Shown: positions 1 to 8,256, counted from the stretch's first letter. The stretch is DNA of 32,000 nt from Delftia acidovorans NBRC 14950 (GCF_001598795.1 NZ_BCZP01000042.1:2237-34236), one strand, 5' to 3'. Numbers and translations: made by a program. Notes: generated by a model not told the origin, from the letters alone.

Positions 1-709
1 CCACCAGGGCCAGGGCGCCTGTGACGTGGTTGCACTCGTGCCAGGCCACGGGCTGCTCGGGCAGGCCGGCCATCACCTGGTCCAGCAACAGCCGGTTGCC
101 GCTCTTGTGGGAGACGGAGACCAGGCGCTTGCCCGCCAGCTCGGCCCATTCCACCTGGCTGCGCCCGGCCCAGGCGTGGCTGCGCGGCATGGCCAGCACA
201 TAGCGCTCGCGCGTGAGCGCCTCAAAGCGCAGCGATGGCTCCTGGCTGCCCGTGAAGCTCAGGCCAAAGTCCGCATCCCCGCGCAGCACGGCCTCCACAA
301 CCTGCTGCGCGCTCTCGTCGATGACGTGCACCTGCACATCGGGCTGCTCCACGGCAAAGGTCTTCAGCACGGGCGGCAGCAGATTGGTGGCCACCGAAGG
401 CACGCAGGCAACCGTTACGCGGCCACGGCGCAGCTTCAGCTGGTCATCCACGCGCTGCACGGCCTCGTCCAGGCCGGCCAGGGCCCTGCGCGCCTCCTGC
501 AGGAATTCATGGCCCACCTCGGTCAGTTCCACACGCCGCGTGGTGCGCTCCAGCAGCCGCGCGCCCAGCACGGACTCCAGCCGCTCCACCCGCCGGCTCA
601 AGGCAGGGGGCGACAGGAAAAGCGCTTCTGCGGCCAGGCGAAAGCTGGCTTTCTCGGCCGTGGTCACGAAGGCGATCAGTTCCCCCATGTCGAATTTGAT
701 GCGCTGCAC
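1..709 (-). CDS. LysR-family transcriptional regulator, C-terminus cut by window edge
   Basis: Absent from the ORF track because it has no stop inside the window. My minus-strand translation from GTG 709 (alternative ATG 688) reads VQRIKFDMGELIAFVTTAEKASFRLAAEALFLSPPALSRRVERLESVLGARLLERTTRRVELTEVGHEFLQEARR... This is a LysR winged HTH followed by a co-inducer domain. It is divergent from the Bug gene at 821. The + ORFs 26..760 and 213..746 are antisense shadows. Confidence 0.85.
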   Translation of the reverse strand, partial: MQRIKFDMGELIAFVTTAEKASFRLAAEALFLSPPALSRRVERLESVLGARLLERTTRRVELTEVGHEFLQEARRALAGLDEAVQRVDDQLKLRRGRVTVACVPSVATNLLPPVLKTFAVEQPDVQVHVIDESAQQVVEAVLRGDADFGLSFTGSQEPSLRFEALTRERYVLAMPRSHAWAGRSQVEWAELAGKRLVSVSHKSGNRLLLDQVMAGLPEQPVAWHECNHVTGALALV

Positions 710-733
710 GCAACAGTCCTTCCAAAAGTTGCA

Positions 734-744
734 ATTCACAGAAT
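734..744. promoter_or_regulatory. ATTC-ACA-GAAT inverted repeat in the LysR/Bug divergent intergenic region (possible LysR box)
   Basis: Small dyad in the AT-richest part of the 710-820 intergenic region. The position is typical for LysR autoregulatory/activation sites. Sequence observation only. Confidence 0.25.
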
Positions 745-820
745 AACACCCTCTGCATAGGATGGCGCCCTTGATAACGCTGCCCCCTGCGGGCAGACAA
801 GACCAACAAACGGAGACGAC

Positions 821-1795
821 ATGCACCAACGCAGACTGATCGCAGGCGGAGCCCTGGCCGCCCTTCTTTCCCTGGCCGTGGGCACTGCCCAGGCCCAGGA
901 CTTCCCCCCCAAGAAACCCGTGGTCATGGTGGTCGGCTTCGCCGCAGGCGGCTCGGCCGACATTGCCGCGCGCATCATCGCCAAGAAGCTGGGCGAGAAC
1001 ATCGGCCAGAGCGTGGTCGTGGAAAACAAGCCAGGCGCGGGCGGCAACCTGGCCCACACGCAGGTGGCCAATGGCCCGTCCGACGGCTCGGTGCTGCTCT
1101 TCGGCTCCATCGGCCCGCTGGCCATTGCGCCGCACTTCATGAAGATCGGCTACGACCCGCTCAAGGACCTGGCCCCCATCACCATGGGCGTGAACTTTCC
1201 CAACGTGCTCGTCGTGCCTGCCGCCACCGGCATCAAGACCCTGGGCGAATACGTGGCCAAGGCCAAGCGCGAACCCGGCAAGCTGGACTTCGCCTCCACC
1301 GGCCCCGGCTCCGCATCCCACCTGGCCGGTGAACTGCTCAACGATGTCGCCAAGATCGACACCCTGCACGTGCCCTACAAGGGCGGCGCGCCCGCCCTGC
1401 AGGACGTGCTAGGCAACCGCGTGACCTCCTTCTACGCAGCCCCGCCCACAGCCCTGCCCCACATCGAATCGGGCAAGCTGATCCCGCTGGCCACCACGGG
1501 CCTCACGCGCCCGGCCTACCTGCCCAACGTGCCCACCGTGGCCGAAAGCTTCCCCGGCTTCAACGCCACCAACTGGTATGCCTTCGTGGCATCCGCCAAG
1601 ACGCCCAAGCCCTTGCTGGACCGCTGGAACACCGAGCTGGTCAAGGTGCTGAACACCCCCGAAGTGCGCGACAACCTGCTCAAGCACGGCCAGACCGCCG
1701 CCCCGGGCACCCGCGAGGAGCTGGGCCAGTTCATTGCCGCCGAGCACGCCAAGTGGGGCCGCATCATCCGCGAGCGAAAAATCACCGCCGATTGA
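821..1795 (+). CDS. Bug-family (TctC-like) tripartite tricarboxylate transporter substrate-binding protein
   Basis: ATG start and signal peptide MHQRRLIAGGALAALLSLAVGTAQA. Bug hallmarks are present: VVGFAAGGSADIAARIIAKKLGE..VVVENKPGAGGNLA and YDPLKDLAPIT. Confidence 0.9.
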   Translation: MHQRRLIAGGALAALLSLAVGTAQAQDFPPKKPVVMVVGFAAGGSADIAARIIAKKLGENIGQSVVVENKPGAGGNLAHTQVANGPSDGSVLLFGSIGPLAIAPHFMKIGYDPLKDLAPITMGVNFPNVLVVPAATGIKTLGEYVAKAKREPGKLDFASTGPGSASHLAGELLNDVAKIDTLHVPYKGGAPALQDVLGNRVTSFYAAPPTALPHIESGKLIPLATTGLTRPAYLPNVPTVAESFPGFNATNWYAFVASAKTPKPLLDRWNTELVKVLNTPEVRDNLLKHGQTAAPGTREELGQFIAAEHAKWGRIIRERKITAD

Positions 1796-1850
1796 TCCCC
1801 CTCGGCAGCCGTTAGCCGTTCCCCAACCATAAAAAACCAGGAGACAAACC

Positions 1851-2696
1851 ATGACCGCCATCCGTTCCACCCCCCTGCAGTCCTCCGTGCCATCCACCCT
1901 TCGCCGCCGCACCCTGGGCGCGCTGCTGGGCGGCGCCCTCAGCCTGGGCCTGGCCCTGGGCGCTGCCACGCCCTCCACTGCCGCCGCAGATGAAATCCGC
2001 GTGGTCACCTCGGGCGGCTTCTCTGCCGCCTACGACCAGCTGATACCCCTGTACGAGCAGGCCACGGGCCACAAGGTCGTCACCTCGCGCGGTGCCTCCA
2101 TGGGCAACGCGCAGGACTCCATTCCCAGCCGCCTGGCGCGGGGCGAGCAGTTCGATATCGTCATCCTCGCGGATGGAGCCTTGGACAATCTGGCCGCCCA
2201 AGGCAAGGTGGAAGCGGGCAGCCGTGTGGACCTGGCGCGCTCCATGATCGGCATGAGCGTGCGCAAGGGCACGCCCAAGCCCGACATCAGCACCGTGGAC
2301 GCGCTCAAGCAAACCCTGCTGGATGCCAAGACCATTGCCTACTCGGCCAGCGCCAGCGGCACCTACCTGGCCAACGAACTGTTCCCGCGCCTGGGCGTGG
2401 CCGAGCAGATGAAGGGCAAGGCCACCCGCATCCTCAGCGAGCGCGTGGGTGCCGTGGTGCTGCGTGGCGATGCGGACATCGGCTTCCAGCAGGTCAGCGA
2501 ACTGCTGCCGTTCAAGGAACTGGAATTCGTCGGCCCCCTGCCCGATGAAGTGCAGCAGCGCGTCTTCTTCTCCGCAGGCGTGGCCACCGGCGCCAAGAGC
2601 CCTGACACGGCGCGCCACCTGATCCGCTTCCTGGCAGCCCCCGCCGCAGCGCCCATCGTGCGCAGCACCGGCATGGAGCCGGCGGCCAAGCCCTGA
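1851..2696 (+). CDS. Periplasmic substrate-binding protein, ModA-like (SBP_bac_11 type)
   Basis: AGGAGA Shine-Dalgarno at 1839-1844. N-terminus is Tat-like (LRRRTLGALLGGALSLGLALGAA). The body reads EIRVVTSGGFSAAYDQLIPLYEQATGHKV...FDIVILAD, typical of molybdate/sulfate-like type 2 binding proteins. Confidence 0.75.
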   Translation: MTAIRSTPLQSSVPSTLRRRTLGALLGGALSLGLALGAATPSTAAADEIRVVTSGGFSAAYDQLIPLYEQATGHKVVTSRGASMGNAQDSIPSRLARGEQFDIVILADGALDNLAAQGKVEAGSRVDLARSMIGMSVRKGTPKPDISTVDALKQTLLDAKTIAYSASASGTYLANELFPRLGVAEQMKGKATRILSERVGAVVLRGDADIGFQQVSELLPFKELEFVGPLPDEVQQRVFFSAGVATGAKSPDTARHLIRFLAAPAAAPIVRSTGMEPAAKP

Positions 2697-2860
2697 CGGC
2701 AGGCCCCCGAGCCCTCAAGGCTCTCTAGGCACTCAAGGCCCTCAGGGCCCTCGACACACAGGGGGCCTTCACCCCTCCCCGGTTCGACCTCCATTCAGCG
2801 GCGCTGCAACGGCACTGCTGCGGCATGCCGCTGCCCAGCCCTATCACCCTCGCCACACCC

Positions 2861-3928
2861 ATGAACACCAAAACCCTGGTGCTGATCACCCTCGCCGCCG
2901 CACCGCTGTCCGCCCTTGCGCAATCCAGCATCACGCTCTACGGCATTGCCGATACCGGCGTGCGCTACACCAGCGGCCTCACCGCCGCCAACGCGGCCAG
3001 CAACACCTCGGGCGCCGCGCTGTCCAGCGGCGTCAACACCACCAGCCGCTTCGGGTTTCGCGGGCGCGAAGACCTGGGCGGCGGCATGTACGCCCTGTTC
3101 AACCTGGAAACCGGCCTGAACCTGGACACCGGCACCACCGCCAACTCCAGCAAATTCTTCGACCGCGCGGCCATCGTGGGCCTGGGCGGCAGCTGGGGCC
3201 AGGTCACGGCCGGGCGCCAGACCAACCTGCTGGCAGATGCCATCAGCCCCGTGGACCCCGTGGGCATGCGCTTCGCCGCCTTCAACCCCAACATCGCCAC
3301 CGCCGCGCTCAGCAGCCACGGCCTGGGCGTGGAATACGGCAGCGCAGGCGCCACCACCGGCTCATACCGGCTGGACAACTCGGTCAAGTACACCGGCCGC
3401 TTCGGCGGCCTCACCGCCCGCGCCATGTACAGCTTTGGCGAGACGGCGCAAGGCGGCTCCGCCCGCTCATCGGCCGGCGCAGGCCTGGCCTATGGCACGA
3501 AAACCTGGACGGTCTCCGGCGCCTACCAGCGCTTCAAGACCGCAGACCAATGGGAGCTGAAAGCCGCCACCCTGGGCGCCAGCTACAAATGGGACAACCT
3601 GCGCCTTGCACTGAACACCGCGCGCAGCGACGGCCAGACCAACGCCACCACCGCCCGCACCGTGCAGCGCGTGCACTCGCTGGGCGCCACCTGGTCCGCC
3701 CGCAGCACGCTGGACCTGACAGCCGCCCTGTACCGCGTGGAACGCGAACGCAGCGGCCGCGCCGCAGACGGCTACACCCGCGCCCTGCTGTTTGCGGAAT
3801 ACAAGCTCTCGCGCCGCAGCAAGCTGTATGCGGAACTGGACCGCACGCACTGGAGTGGAGGGTTTCAGGGCGGGCAGAACAAGGATGTGGCTACGGGGGT
3901 GACTGCGGGGTTGATGCATAGTTTTTGA
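2861..3928 (+). CDS. Gram-negative general porin (Omp32/OmpC-like)
   Basis: From ATG 2861 the N-terminus is MNTKTLVLITLAAAPLSALA|QSSITLYGIADTGVRY, a signal peptide followed by the classic porin start. The protein is Gly/aromatic-rich with beta-strand periodicity and ends in a terminal Phe (GLMHSF). The track start 2825 adds 12 uncharged residues and is less likely. Confidence 0.9.
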   Translation: MNTKTLVLITLAAAPLSALAQSSITLYGIADTGVRYTSGLTAANAASNTSGAALSSGVNTTSRFGFRGREDLGGGMYALFNLETGLNLDTGTTANSSKFFDRAAIVGLGGSWGQVTAGRQTNLLADAISPVDPVGMRFAAFNPNIATAALSSHGLGVEYGSAGATTGSYRLDNSVKYTGRFGGLTARAMYSFGETAQGGSARSSAGAGLAYGTKTWTVSGAYQRFKTADQWELKAATLGASYKWDNLRLALNTARSDGQTNATTARTVQRVHSLGATWSARSTLDLTAALYRVERERSGRAADGYTRALLFAEYKLSRRSKLYAELDRTHWSGGFQGGQNKDVATGVTAGLMHSF

Positions 3929-3938
3929 GGGGTGCTGC
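3778..3938. repeat. Direct repeat copy 1 (porin 3' end plus 10 nt past the stop)
   Basis: 161 nt align base for base with 6020..6180. I count 5 mismatches, all C/T transitions. Confidence 0.95.
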
Positions 3939-4008
3939 AGCGACCCGCAGCGCCCACTTTTGAGGTGCTTGTGGAGGGTTGCTGCAGGCCGACCCAATCC
4001 CCTCAGAC

Positions 4009-4030
4009 GCAGGCACCAAGTAGTGCCTGC
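4009..4030 (+). terminator. Stem-loop downstream of porin (gcaggcac-caagta-gtgcctgc)
   Basis: 8-bp perfect stem 80 nt after the porin stop, followed only by a weak T tract (ctcttgt). Confidence 0.3.
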
Positions 4031-4367
4031 CTCTTGTCCACCGGCATTGATTACAAGCTACTCTGGCCTGGCCAAGCGCGGGACGGACAGCGAATGGGCT
4101 GGCCGCTCAGCCCTCGGCGATCTCCAGGCAGACTTCTACGGCAAAGACTTCGAGCGTGAAGGATTTGAGGTTCGCGTGCTTGCTGGCCAAAAGACCAAAG
4201 GCAGTGGACAGGCGCGCCGGCGCGCCCACGTGCTTGATGGCTTCCGCCTTGACGGTGACTTCTACAGAGCCGCGCTTCAAACTGCTTCATTGACCGGCTG
4301 ACTACACCGCCAAAAGAGATAGGTTGGCGCTGAGGCAGAATTAACCTATTTCCTGGCTGAGTGCGCA

Positions 4368-4625
4368 ATGGATCAAGACATCTGCTTTTTCTATTCTCAA
4401 GACCGCCAACGTCGCATCGCGCTTTTTCGTCGAGAGGTGGGAAGTTTTGGATTTGTCGAACAGTATTACTTCGACAACGAAGCCGCCGGCATCGAGGGGT
4501 GGGCCTCCTGCCCGTCAGAGTCATCCTTCTACGCTGACTTGGAGACTGCCAAGAAGGAAGCGGTACAAGGAATCCGATGGGCTGCGAGCGAAGATGGATT
4601 TGTCGCTGCCGGAAATGAGGTTTAG
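4368..4625 (+). CDS. Hypothetical small protein (85 aa)
   Basis: ATG ORF in an AT-richer segment. The translation is protein-like and acidic (MDQDICFFYSQDRQRRIALFRREVGSFGFVEQYYFDNEAAGIEGW...). No family recognised. Confidence 0.5.
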   Translation: MDQDICFFYSQDRQRRIALFRREVGSFGFVEQYYFDNEAAGIEGWASCPSESSFYADLETAKKEAVQGIRWAASEDGFVAAGNEV

Positions 4626-4741
4626 TCGCTGGGGGCGGACGATCCGCCTCGTTGCTCGACCTGCAGCTTGCGACCCGAAACGGAAGCAGTGACCGCAGGA
4701 AAGCGGACATTCAAGCGCAACAATTGCTACGTGTCTCAGGC

Positions 4742-5137
4742 TTACGTGGAGTTGGACTTTGGAAACTGCCTGGCATATGCCGCCACATGAGCCGGAAACA
4801 GCTCTTCGTAGATGGGATACGCAATTCCCAATACGCTTAGCTCCAAGCCTTCTGGCCCGAGCTCAAACGAATGGTCTTCGAGATGAATGGTGCCGCCGCC
4901 GGGCAGAGGCGAGCCGTTCGTTAGCCTTACTGAGAGGAAGAGGTGGTCCTGGCTCCCTCCAGCAGATTCGACGACTGCCTTCTGAACGTTGACGTATGCT
5001 GGGAGGGGAACGAAGCGCCCGAAGGCGACGTTCACCCCATACCGGACCTTCCACCGCCCGATAATTGACGCATGAACCCCTGGAAGCATGTCATCGCGAA
5101 GTTGTCCGACACTGGACCTCTTTTGGCTCACTGGCAT
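4742..5137 (-). CDS. Hypothetical protein (131 aa as drawn; true start uncertain)
   Basis: Protein-like translation (..GTIHLEDHSFELGPEGLELSVLGIAYPIYEELFPAHVAAY..). The 5' end overlaps the divergent ORF 5072..5395 by 66 nt, so one of the two starts must lie further in. No clear SD. Confidence 0.45.
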   Translation of the reverse strand: MPVSQKRSSVGQLRDDMLPGVHASIIGRWKVRYGVNVAFGRFVPLPAYVNVQKAVVESAGGSQDHLFLSVRLTNGSPLPGGGTIHLEDHSFELGPEGLELSVLGIAYPIYEELFPAHVAAYARQFPKSNST

Positions 5138-5395
5138 CTTTACTCGGGCGTAGCGTTCTACATGTACGTGCCGAGGAAGTCAGACATCGGCTCGGAGACT
5201 ATCAAGCCCGACTCCGAAGTGCGCTTTGAGGAAATAGCGCGGCTGGACATCATGCGCTCCCTGCGCCTTGGAGGCTTGGAGGCAACAAACGACCTCGACG
5301 TATGTCAACGTGCTGTTGCTTCAATTCCGGAAATAGCCTTGCAGGAAATCGAAGGCGGCATTCAGCTGAGTCTGCGCGGCACCGAAGTCCGCTAG
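5072..5395 (+). CDS. Hypothetical protein (107 aa; start uncertain)
   Basis: ATG ORF with protein-like sequence (..SEVRFEEIARLDIMRSLRLGGLEATNDLDVCQRAVASIPEIALQEIEGG..). Overlaps the 5' end of 4742..5137. Confidence 0.4.
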   Translation: MNPWKHVIAKLSDTGPLLAHWHLYSGVAFYMYVPRKSDIGSETIKPDSEVRFEEIARLDIMRSLRLGGLEATNDLDVCQRAVASIPEIALQEIEGGIQLSLRGTEVR

Positions 5396-5494
5396 TGGCC
5401 GAAGCCGGGCCTAGCTACTTGTGAGCGCAGCACCGCAAGGCTGACTGTAAGCGTCCGGTAAAGGCATCCGGCTGACGCCAGTCCCGCTCAAGCG

Positions 5495-5848
5495 TCAGAG
5501 TCGCTCCACCTCTTCGGCGCCCAGCTTGAACCGCTGGCCCGTGGATTCGGTGCCATGCACCTCGAATTCCGTTGCAGCGTCTCTGAGCGAGCTGCGGATG
5601 CTGCGAAGCAGCTCAACGGGCATGCCGCGATCCGGATCACTGGTATATCGGCACACCGACGTCTGCGTCTCGCTTGCTGGCACGAGATGGGTTCGAGCAA
5701 TGTCGATGTCGTTGAAGTCCCCTAATGTGCCCAGTGCCCACTCGTATTCGTTCTCAGCGTCGAACTCGACGGGGGCCAGCCCGATTCGTTCGGCAAGCTC
5801 CTCGAGCGAGAGCCCGGTTCTGAAGCTGATCGACAGGTATGTCTTCAT
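5495..5848 (-). CDS. Hypothetical acidic protein (117 aa from ATG 5848)
   Basis: MKTYLSISFRTGLSLEELAERIGLAPVEFDAENEYEWALGTLGDFNDIDIARTH... The track ORF (to 5980) adds 44 Cys/Arg-rich residues that run into the IS66 remnant and are unlikely to be real. Confidence 0.5.
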   Translation of the reverse strand: MKTYLSISFRTGLSLEELAERIGLAPVEFDAENEYEWALGTLGDFNDIDIARTHLVPASETQTSVCRYTSDPDRGMPVELLRSIRSSLRDAATEFEVHGTESTGQRFKLGAEEVERL

Positions 5849-5870
5849 CGAGTAAGTTGTGTTGTTGACT

Positions 5871-6019
5871 TCACTCTTGACATTCTCCTCGCCAGCAATG
5901 GGGCAGGAGCTCATTGATGCGGCTGGCCGGCTGCGTCGGCAGCAGTTCCAGCACGTCGCGCAAGTAGGCGTAGGGTTCAAGCTCGTTGAGCTTGGCCGAG
6001 TGAATGAGGCTCATCACGG
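5871..6019 (-). mobile_element. IS66-family transposase C-terminal remnant (pseudogene fragment)
   Basis: Minus-strand translation ..SLIHSAKLNELEPYAYLRDVLELLPTQPASRINELLPHCW matches the conserved extreme C-terminus of IS66 TnpC transposases (..AKLNGxxPxAYLxDVLxRLPxHPxxRIxELLPxNW). About 45 aa remain. No N-terminal part, tnpA/tnpB or terminal inverted repeat was seen. Confidence 0.7.
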
Positions 6020-6170
6020 CCGCGCCCTGCTGTTTGCGGAATACAAGCTCTCGCGCCGCAGCAAGCTGTATGCGGAACTGGACCGCACGCATTGGAGCGG
6101 AGGGTTTCAGGGCGGGCAGAACAAGGATGTGGCTACGGGGGTGACTGCGGGGTTGATGCATAGCTTCTGA
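6020..6170 (+). pseudogene. Orphan 3' fragment of a porin gene (last 49 codons plus stop)
   Basis: Encodes ALLFAEYKLSRRSKLYAELDRTHWSGGFQGGQNKDVATGVTAGLMHSF, identical at protein level to the C-terminus of the intact porin at 2861..3928. It abuts the IS66 remnant directly at 6019/6020. Confidence 0.9.
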
Positions 6171-6180
6171 GGGGCGCTGC
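6020..6180. repeat. Direct repeat copy 2
   Basis: See copy 1 (3778..3938). Confidence 0.95.
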
Positions 6181-6202
6181 GAGCGCTCGCCCCATTGCCA
6201 AC

Positions 6203-6481
6203 TCAGCCGCCCAGCTTTTTGAACGGAGTGTCGGAAGTGATCCAGCCCTTGCCTTGGGGGCAGATCACTTCCTTGTAACGCAGCTCTTTTTCAAAGCTCC
6301 ACTGCTGGCCAAGTGCGCAAACGTCCCCTGAGTTGAGGACAAATGCCACTGTCTGTGGATCGCCTTTTTTCAGCAGAACATCGACGCTTTGCGTCGCTTC
6401 CCACCGCCCACTCGGTGACTGGCTGCATCCCAGAGTTGCCAGCAACGCCGTGATCGCTGCCCCTCGCAGTAGGTTTTTCAT
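6203..6481 (-). CDS. Putative lipoprotein (92 aa)
   Basis: ATG 6481 is preceded by AAAGG. N-terminus MKNLLRGAAITALLATLGC carries a lipobox (L-A-T-L-G-C). The track start 6484 is a TTG one codon upstream. Confidence 0.7.
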   Translation of the reverse strand: MKNLLRGAAITALLATLGCSQSPSGRWEATQSVDVLLKKGDPQTVAFVLNSGDVCALGQQWSFEKELRYKEVICPQGKGWITSDTPFKKLGG

Positions 6482-6817
6482 CAACTGCCTTTCTGGTAGT
6501 TGTTGCGCGAAGACTTCCGAGCGACGGCTTCAGGCTGGTTGCCGACGTTCAGCGGAAACAATCAGACGACGGTTCTCGACCCAAAGCGGACATTGGTAAG
6601 TGCCCAAAAGTGGGCTCAGCTCGTTATGAGCGCATTTGCCAGACTGGTGCCTTCTGCCTGCGGAGCCACAGTCTTGCTTTCAGTTGGCATTTAGCCGGAT
6701 GGACACGGAGAGGGTCTTGAACAGCGGATGCCCCTGTCGTGCTTCCCAAGCAGCAGCTTCGCCGCTGAACTCGCGTTGATGCCGAAATAGATGGTGCTGG
6801 CCCCAAACCAAGGAGGC

Positions 6818-7204
6818 TCAGCACGGGAAATGGGGCGCATCGCCAGGCTTGCCGGCTTCGACCCATGCCAGCTTCTCGGTCAAGAAGGTGAGAGCTGCAT
6901 CGAGTGCTGCGCGCTGCGATTGCAACTTGTCTATCTGGTGCCGCAGGACCTGCCCCGTGCGTGCGGCGGACTTTGCACCCTGCCGGTACTCGCGGTTGAG
7001 CGCCGAGATCTCGCTCAACGTATAGCCCAGCGATTTCTGCAGCTGAATCATCCGCACCGCGGTCACGTCATCGGCAGAGAACACTTGGTACGGGTTGCTG
7101 CCACCCAGCACGCCGCGACGCGGCTTCAGCAGGCCCTTCCCCACATAGAAGCGGACCGTCTCGGGCGACAACCCCACCTCCTTCGCAAACTCCGACAACA
7201 GCAT
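6818..7204 (-). CDS. MerR-family transcriptional regulator
   Basis: MLLSEFAKEVGLSPETVRFYVGKGLLKP..YQVFSADDVTAVRMIQLQKSLGYTLSEI is a canonical MerR HTH plus wing, followed by a coiled-coil. Divergent from the AKR gene. Confidence 0.9.
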   Translation of the reverse strand: MLLSEFAKEVGLSPETVRFYVGKGLLKPRRGVLGGSNPYQVFSADDVTAVRMIQLQKSLGYTLSEISALNREYRQGAKSAARTGQVLRHQIDKLQSQRAALDAALTFLTEKLAWVEAGKPGDAPHFPC

Positions 7205-7213
7205 GCCGTCTCC

Positions 7214-7244
7214 TTGACCACGTAGTTAACTACGTGCTTATAAC
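7214..7244 (+). promoter_or_regulatory. MerR-type promoter/operator: TTGACC - 19-bp spacer containing a perfect 16-bp palindrome - TATAAC
   Basis: -35 TTGACC is at 7214-7219. The palindrome ACGTAGTTAACTACGT is at 7220-7235. -10 TATAAC is at 7239-7244, giving a spacer of exactly 19 bp (7220-7238). It lies 10 nt from the merR-like start codon. Confidence 0.75.
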
Positions 7245-7272
7245 AATGATTTTTCCACCTGGATCCAACGCC

Positions 7273-8256
7273 ATGCAATCTCCTCCCACAAAACTCCCTT
7301 GCGTTCATCTCGGCATAGACGGCCCACTCGTGGGCATCCAGGGTCTAGGCTGCATGGGTATGAGCGAATTTTATGGCGCCACTGACACCGAAGAGGCACG
7401 AGCAACACTGGAACGGGCGCTCGCCTTGGGTGTGACGCTGTTCGATACCGCAGACATGTACGGTCTGGGCGCCAACGAATCGTTCCTCGCGCCGTTTGTG
7501 AAGGCCAACCGGCAGCGCGTGGTGATCGCCACCAAGTTCGGCTACACGCGTACGGTCGAGAGGCCCGATGACTGGAGCCTCAGCAATCGCCCAGACTACA
7601 TCCGGCATGCGGTCGATCAATCGCTGCGGCGTCTTGGTATTGACACCATCGACCTCTACTACATGCACCGCCGCACACCTGACGTGCCCATGGAAGATTC
7701 GGTGGGCGCGATGGCGGATCTGGTGAAGGCCGGTAAGGTTCGGGCGCTCGGCTTGTGCGAGGTCAGTGCTGAAGAGTTGCGTGCAGCGCATGCCGTCCAC
7801 CCCATCGCCGCGATGCAGTCTGAATGGTCGGTGTTCAGCCGCCAGATCGAGCAAGAGATCGCACCGCTGGCGGCATCGCTGGGTGTCGCGATCGTGCCAT
7901 TCGCCCCATTGGGGCGGGGTATCCTGACCGGCGCTACGTTCGGCAAGCAGTTGGCAGCAGACGATTTCCGCCGACACTTCCCGCGCTTCCAGTCAGACAA
8001 CCAGGCGTCGAATTCGAGGCTGGTGGCGAGGTTGGAAGCGCTTGCCAAAGCCCGTGGCATCTCGACGGCGCAATTGGCGCTCGCCTGGCTGCAGACTCGC
8101 GCCAGGCAGTTCGACGTGACAGTCGTGCCTATTCCCGGCACGCGCCGTAGAGCGCGCCTCACCGAGAACGTGGCGGCTGCCTCCGTAGCATTGGATGAGC
8201 AGGAGATGTCGGCCATCGAGCCGCTGGCGGCGGCAGTTCAGGGCGTTTCGCTCTGA
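7273..8256 (+). CDS. Aldo/keto reductase (AKR11/13-like oxidoreductase)
   Basis: GIQGLGCMGMSEFYGATDTEEARATLERALALGVTLFDTADMYGLGANE... and a typical AKR C-terminal half. Start set to ATG 7273 because the track start (GTG 7234) lies inside the operator palindrome, upstream of the predicted -10. Confidence 0.85.
   Translation: MQSPPTKLPCVHLGIDGPLVGIQGLGCMGMSEFYGATDTEEARATLERALALGVTLFDTADMYGLGANESFLAPFVKANRQRVVIATKFGYTRTVERPDDWSLSNRPDYIRHAVDQSLRRLGIDTIDLYYMHRRTPDVPMEDSVGAMADLVKAGKVRALGLCEVSAEELRAAHAVHPIAAMQSEWSVFSRQIEQEIAPLAASLGVAIVPFAPLGRGILTGATFGKQLAADDFRRHFPRFQSDNQASNSRLVARLEALAKARGISTAQLALAWLQTRARQFDVTVVPIPGTRRRARLTENVAAASVALDEQEMSAIEPLAAAVQGVSL

Noticed and set aside
26-760. Long + strand ORFs (26..760, 213..746) across the first 760 nt
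   Set aside because: They are antisense to a clear LysR regulator that I translated on the minus strand. Their Arg/Ala/Gly/His-rich composition is typical of GC-driven shadow frames.
2701-2760. GC-rich imperfect repeats (CCCTCAAGGC / CACTCAAGGC / CCTCAGGGCC) after the binding-protein gene
   Set aside because: They form only short 5-bp stems without a T tract and are too degenerate to call a terminator or REP element.
2825-2860. Upstream start (2825) for the porin
   Set aside because: It adds 12 uncharged residues in front of a perfect signal peptide that begins at ATG 2861.
4108-4285. Minus-strand reading frame ..KRGSVEVTVKAEAIKHVGAPARLSTAFGLLASKHANLKSFTLEVFAVEVCLEIAEG*
   Set aside because: It looks protein-like, but it has no ATG or GTG start (only a possible TTG) and is preceded by an in-frame stop. 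I could not assign a family. It may be a gene fragment but cannot be supported as a feature.
5859-6170. Track ORF 5859..6170 (+, 103 aa)
   Set aside because: It is chimeric. Its C-terminal 49 aa are the orphan porin fragment. Its N-terminal part is merely the antisense of the IS66 transposase remnant. It is not a functional gene.
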